DNA of 64,000 nt from Candidatus Bathyarchaeia archaeon (GTDB lineage Archaea > Thermoproteota > Bathyarchaeia > TCS64). The stretch is taken from positions 1 through 64,000 of the forward strand of contig JBEKDF010000007.1 of assembly GCA_050014495.1 (NCBI GenBank), in the 5' to 3' direction. The position numbers were made by a program, and so were the translations under genes. This document shows positions 59,892-64,000 of this stretch, piece after piece (position 1 is the first letter of the stretch; each line of letters begins with the position of its first letter). The notes under the pieces are model-generated. The model had not been told where the DNA came from. It saw nothing but the letters and a program-made list of their open reading frames with translations, and searched no databases.

Positions 59892-60686
59892 TTAAGCAGC
59901 TATGTGCATCTTCTCGTCGCGGTTGATCTCAAGTAGCTTTTGAGCATTCCCCTGATTAACCGAGATCTCGAGGTACCCCCCACCGGCAACGAGGGCTAAA
60001 AGCTCCCCAACCTGGACCGCGGAGAAGCTTCTGACATATGGCACTCTGAACATCTTAGTCCCAATAGTTAGGGTAATCTTCGAACCTGAAGTGATCCTGA
60101 GTTCACCGAGTTCATCATATGTGACATTAGTGACGAGGTTTCCGAAGCCGTCGACGTGGATGATCGAGGCCTCTAAGCCTCCATCCACATGTATCGGAGG
60201 TGAATAGGTAGGGATCCTCACATATTCATTCGTCTCAGGGCCGAAGCTTCTCGGCTGCTCCCCCCGAGATAAGAGTGCTGCGATGGGCCCGAAAGTGTCC
60301 CTACCATCGAAGACATCTGAGACCCTCTCAGGGAGAAGGCCCCTATCTGTGATCCTGTATACCTTCTTCACGCCGAGCCTCTCAGCTGCGGGCGCCAGAA
60401 GGCCATTATCGGGGCCCACCAAGTACCCCCTAGAGGTTTCGAATATGAGGCTCGACCGCTTACCCCCGACGCCGGGGTCCACTACAGCCACATGAATAGT
60501 GCCATCGGGGAAGTAGTTCACGCTACGGGCTAGATGGAAAGCTCCCTCGCGAACATCGTAGCTGTCAACAGAGTGACTAATGTCAACCAGCGTTACATCG
60601 GGGTTTATCCTTAGTATGGCTCCCTTCATTTCGGCCACATAGGAGTCTCTTAGGCCATAATCGGTGAGGAGTGTGATGACGCGCAT
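59892..60686 (-). CDS. SAM hydroxide adenosyltransferase (fluorinase/chlorinase, DUF62) family
   Basis: LLTDYG, VVDPGVG, GPDNG, F.GRD.F, D.FGN, LEISVN.G. Confidence 0.92.
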   Translation of the reverse strand: MRVITLLTDYGLRDSYVAEMKGAILRINPDVTLVDISHSVDSYDVREGAFHLARSVNYFPDGTIHVAVVDPGVGGKRSSLIFETSRGYLVGPDNGLLAPAAERLGVKKVYRITDRGLLPERVSDVFDGRDTFGPIAALLSRGEQPRSFGPETNEYVRIPTYSPPIHVDGGLEASIIHVDGFGNLVTNVTYDELGELRITSGSKITLTIGTKMFRVPYVRSFSAVQVGELLALVAGGGYLEISVNQGNAQKLLEINRDEKMHIAA

Positions 60687-60820
60687 GTCATTATCATCCG
60701 CTGAGGTCTCATAAATCTTGCATAGTTGAGTCGATGCCTTGGCGCATCGCACGTGCAAATTGTAACGAGAGATGAACCTTCTTATTCATATTCAGGCGGA
60801 GACGCACGCGCACGAACTTT

Positions 60821-61957
60821 CTACTTACTTAGAGGATAACTACCATACTTTCTTGCAGCATCAAACATAGCGAGAATATTCTCGGGTGGAACCTCTGGCT
60901 GAATATTATGTACGGCGCCTAGGATGTAACCTCCGGCTGGGGCTAGATCCTCTACCCTCCTCTTTACCTCGTCTCTAACGTCGTCTACTGTTCCAAAAGG
61001 CATCACCCTCTGAGTGTCGACACCTCCCAGGAATGATATTCTATCGCCAAAGTCATTTTTGAGTCTCTTTGTATCCATATCTGCCGCTGAGACTTGAACC
61101 GGAGTCAAAATGTCGACACCCATCTCTATGAGGTCGTTTATGAAGGGAACAACTGAGCCGCAGGAATGATAGCAGAGTTTTACATCTGCCTTGCTCTTGA
61201 TGAACTGATACAGCTTACGATGCCTAGGCTTAATCAAACTTCGATAGATTGAGGGTCTGATCGCTGGGCCCCTTTGCTCAGCCAAATCATCGCCTACGAA
61301 GACTATTTGGATGTATTGACCCACTGAGTCGAGAAATCTGTCGAAGAAGGCCATGTGAAACTCGAGGATCTTATCCATTAACTTTTCAGCGAATGTCGGA
61401 TTACGATAGAGGTCGAAGGTGAATTTTGGGTAGGACCTAAGGTACCATGATTGTTCGTAGATGGACCCTGCGAGTGACGTAGCCAGGGCGTAATCAGTTT
61501 CCTCATACAGCTTCTTCGCCTCCTTTTCTAGGCCTTCAAACCTCCCAGCGTCCGTAGGGTCTGGCCATTGGTAGTTTTCCAGGTCTTCGAGGTTTGCCTC
61601 TCGTAGAGGATGGTTGACCATATCGTACCAGTATCCTCCGGGCGGTCTCCTCGATCTGATTCCCCATTCGTCTCTGAATGAATCATCGGAGTATTCGATT
61701 GGTCTCGAGTTTTTCGGAGCCTTTGCGTAGATGAATCGAAAATCAACCCCAAGCTTCCTCAGCAAGTGCTCGTCGGGTTCAACGATTTGTTGAACTCGGT
61801 CAACTAATCGTGGGGATGTGTCGATGGTGCCTAGGTACCTGCAGAGTTTATCGTAGGCGAGCTTTGAGATCCCCGCGTGGTTTCCGCACATAATCACTGG
61901 GACTCTATCCGCCTCGCGGTGGTCGAGAACTTTTAAAACTCTCTCTCTTGAGTTCAT
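60821..61957 (-). CDS. Uroporphyrinogen decarboxylase family (MtaA/CmuA-like methyltransferase)
   Basis: MNSRERV, DEWG, GDD, HSCG, GGVDTQ, HNIQ. Confidence 0.88.
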   Translation of the reverse strand: MNSRERVLKVLDHREADRVPVIMCGNHAGISKLAYDKLCRYLGTIDTSPRLVDRVQQIVEPDEHLLRKLGVDFRFIYAKAPKNSRPIEYSDDSFRDEWGIRSRRPPGGYWYDMVNHPLREANLEDLENYQWPDPTDAGRFEGLEKEAKKLYEETDYALATSLAGSIYEQSWYLRSYPKFTFDLYRNPTFAEKLMDKILEFHMAFFDRFLDSVGQYIQIVFVGDDLAEQRGPAIRPSIYRSLIKPRHRKLYQFIKSKADVKLCYHSCGSVVPFINDLIEMGVDILTPVQVSAADMDTKRLKNDFGDRISFLGGVDTQRVMPFGTVDDVRDEVKRRVEDLAPAGGYILGAVHNIQPEVPPENILAMFDAARKYGSYPLSK

Positions 61958-62235
61958 AAGGCACCGCTCACACAGATTCTAGGTTGTTCAAAGTAGTGGT
62001 TCGTAACTATTTGAGATAAGATCCAGATCGCGCACGGGGTTAAGAATGCTAGGTATGAACTTGGTTTTCCAAGAATGTAATATACGCGACATGGTGAGTT
62101 CCGTATAGGTTCCATATACTTATCCAACCAAACCCAAAATTTTCACCGCTTACTAAACCAATTCCCACTCTAATACCCCCAATGCGCGCGCGCACGCGGA
62201 GTTCTTAATAACAATCTCATGTAAATACCTAAGAT

Positions 62236-62406
62236 ATGACCCCTCATCCAGCTACAATGTGTGATTTTAAGAAGAGAATGCTCGCAGAGAACCTTGATCT
62301 CTTTAAGTCCATCGTGTCTGAGCCGAAATACTATTGCATCAAGTGTGGCAGGGTTGCCAATAACGATAAGTGGCTCTGCAAGCCAGCTCTGTTGAAGAGT
62401 GAATAG
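62236..62406 (+). CDS. Small zinc-binding protein (56 aa)
   Basis: MTPHPATMCDFKK...IVSEPKYYCIKCGRVANNDKWLCKP (manual translation). Confidence 0.7.
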   Translation: MTPHPATMCDFKKRMLAENLDLFKSIVSEPKYYCIKCGRVANNDKWLCKPALLKSE

Positions 62407-62540
62407 CTCTGAGGCACAGAGCGCGATCCTTAGAATTGTTAAGAGCGCGTGGCTTAGTGAACCGCACTTCGATGAGGTTAGCGTTGATTGTCACGCGTAA
62501 TTTAAATAAAGACTGAGTGATAATATTTTTTTGACAATTT

Positions 62541-62792
62541 ATGGGTGATAAAATAAATATTATTTCGGATTATAAAGACGCTGAAATAGAATGTAAAAGA
62601 TGGTTTGAGGATAAATTCCCGAAAGCTGATTACATTATCTTTAACAGGGTTGGGATGGAAAATAATGTTTGGAACCTAGAAGGGGAAGTTTCGGTTCCTC
62701 ATGGATTCGGTAGCGAAAAAAAGGGATTTTATGTTAAAATAACCTCAGATGGAGATATAGTAAGTTATGAGATAATTACTGTGAAAAAATAA
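62541..62792 (+). CDS. Hypothetical protein in an AT-rich patch
   Basis: 83-aa ORF between CACGCGTA (62492) and CGCGTA (62810). Confidence 0.6.
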   Translation: MGDKINIISDYKDAEIECKRWFEDKFPKADYIIFNRVGMENNVWNLEGEVSVPHGFGSEKKGFYVKITSDGDIVSYEIITVKK

Positions 62793-62988
62793 TGTGCTCG
62801 TATTAAGCTCGCGTAACCCAAATTACTTAATCTGCCAGATATCTCGAAGTACTCGGCTATCCTCGGATTGTCCCGAGGATCCGAGGCGACAGGCTGATCC
62901 CATAGATACCCTATCTAAGTCGTATTTGGCAATCGAATATTGTCGCCGAGTCATATTATTTGGTGTGCGCGCGCATTTTTATTTTCTA

Positions 62989-63453
62989 TCATTTATGGCT
63001 GGTTATTATGAGATTGTTTACATTGAAACCTTTGGACTTTACAGATTCTATTAATTGGGAATATAGCTTGTCATCCATTTTCGGTGTTCTGCATAATATC
63101 CAAAGATACTTGCGGTTTGGCGTGCCTACAACGGAATAATCATAGTCCTTACCCAGATTGATAATCCAATAATCACCATAGAACGGCCAGAAGAAGGTTA
63201 CTTTAAGTTTCGCTCCAGAGTCCTTGTCAACCACTTTTGCCTTGCCCTTTGCCTGTTTCGCCTTGCCATCTTTTATGCATTCGTTGAGCACAGATATGCT
63301 GCCATCTTCAGATAAAGCATAAGTTGCCGTCGTATCATCGCAACCTTCTTGAAATCTGGCTGGAAGGTGTGCAATCTCATACCATTTGCCTAGATATTTT
63401 TTCAGATCTACGTGCGGCACGACTTCAAGCGTTTTGTATTCCCCTTTTGTCAA
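62989..63453 (-). CDS. Lipocalin (Blc family)
   Basis: KYLGKWYEIA, KLKVTFFWPF.GDYW, YLWIL.R. Confidence 0.93.
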   Translation of the reverse strand: MTKGEYKTLEVVPHVDLKKYLGKWYEIAHLPARFQEGCDDTTATYALSEDGSISVLNECIKDGKAKQAKGKAKVVDKDSGAKLKVTFFWPFYGDYWIINLGKDYDYSVVGTPNRKYLWILCRTPKMDDKLYSQLIESVKSKGFNVNNLIITSHK

Positions 63454-63519
63454 GATAAATCACGCAGCATCAAAGTAAGGCATCAATGTATGGCTTTCGG
63501 TGAACATGTGCGCTTGAGC

Positions 63520-64000
63520 TCAGTATAGTAGCTTGCCATCCTCAACATACTTCTTACCGTCGATGTAGAGAGTCGGCTTAAAGGATACGACATCGATATG
63601 GAGCTTCGCGATGGTGCCTGGCTCGGAGCGGCCGCCAGAGTCTCCCCAGGCGGTGTGAACGGTCCCCTCCGACATCTTTACCTCGTGGTATGGAGGGACG
63701 GTAGCAGGGATGTTCGGGGCGCCTAGAGCTGAGACGCCTTTGCGGGTGAGTGGGTTGAGGCCCACCGCAAGTTCACACATCTTGTAGATGTTCGGGTCGT
63801 CGAGGGACCCGAGAATCTTCCAGAACATCTCGCCCAACTCTCCCTCCGACTTTACGAGCACACCGTCCTTAACTGTGAACCTCGCCCTCTTTCCGGGTAG
63901 CACATCGCTGCAGACTCCTATCCAATCTACATTTATGACACCGTTGGCATCGCCGAAAAAGCCGGTGGACATGCACTCACACTGGCTCCAGCCAGCTTTT
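63520..64000 (-). CDS. Aminopeptidase M29/leucyl-aminopeptidase-like protein, partial (runs off the window)
   Basis: ELAVGLNP, GTVH.A.G, LHID.V...PTL.IDG. Confidence 0.75.
   Translation of the reverse strand, partial: KAGWSQCECMSTGFFGDANGVINVDWIGVCSDVLPGKRARFTVKDGVLVKSEGELGEMFWKILGSLDDPNIYKMCELAVGLNPLTRKGVSALGAPNIPATVPPYHEVKMSEGTVHTAWGDSGGRSEPGTIAKLHIDVVSFKPTLYIDGKKYVEDGKLLY

Noticed and set aside
1..64000. Generic RY alternations of 8 nt or less as evidence
   Set aside because: They are expected frequently by chance. The enrichment count uses only GCGCGC/CGCGCG-core tracts; shorter tracts are cited only where they coincide with a fragment boundary.

Overview
This is archaeal chromosomal DNA, most consistent with Bathyarchaeia/TACK (rpS26e, an arcadin-1 homologue, an intron-containing tRNA-Arg, a C-terminal-GG ubiquitin-like protein and a JAB protease). 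Intact housekeeping blocks (purF-purC-AIP synthase-rps26e; E1alpha/beta-M50-prs; arcadin1-trx-trxB-rnz-fprA; iscS-iscU; thyA) alternate with a mosaic of accessory single genes (MFS transporters, flavodoxins, GNATs, hydrolases, radical SAM, PhnA, MgtA). The most striking pattern is dozens of short GC-rich alternating purine-pyrimidine tracts (GCGCGC/CACGCGCG type). They are concentrated in spacers and repeatedly sit exactly where recognisable gene remnants are cut or fused. The remnants include two histidine-kinase ends, a hydrogenase protease start, a RimJ-type GNAT start, a rhodanese domain, a wHTH, DUF4443, a ferredoxin/DUF998 chimera and a possible Cas1 tail. This suggests an undescribed DNA end-joining or fragment-capture process that leaves (GC)n scars. 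The first 1.7 kb also holds an origin- or centromere-like region with nine AATGGTACCATT-type palindromes, a duplicated ~170 bp segment and inverted G-rich repeats. All family assignments come from motif recognition by eye; no searches were run.
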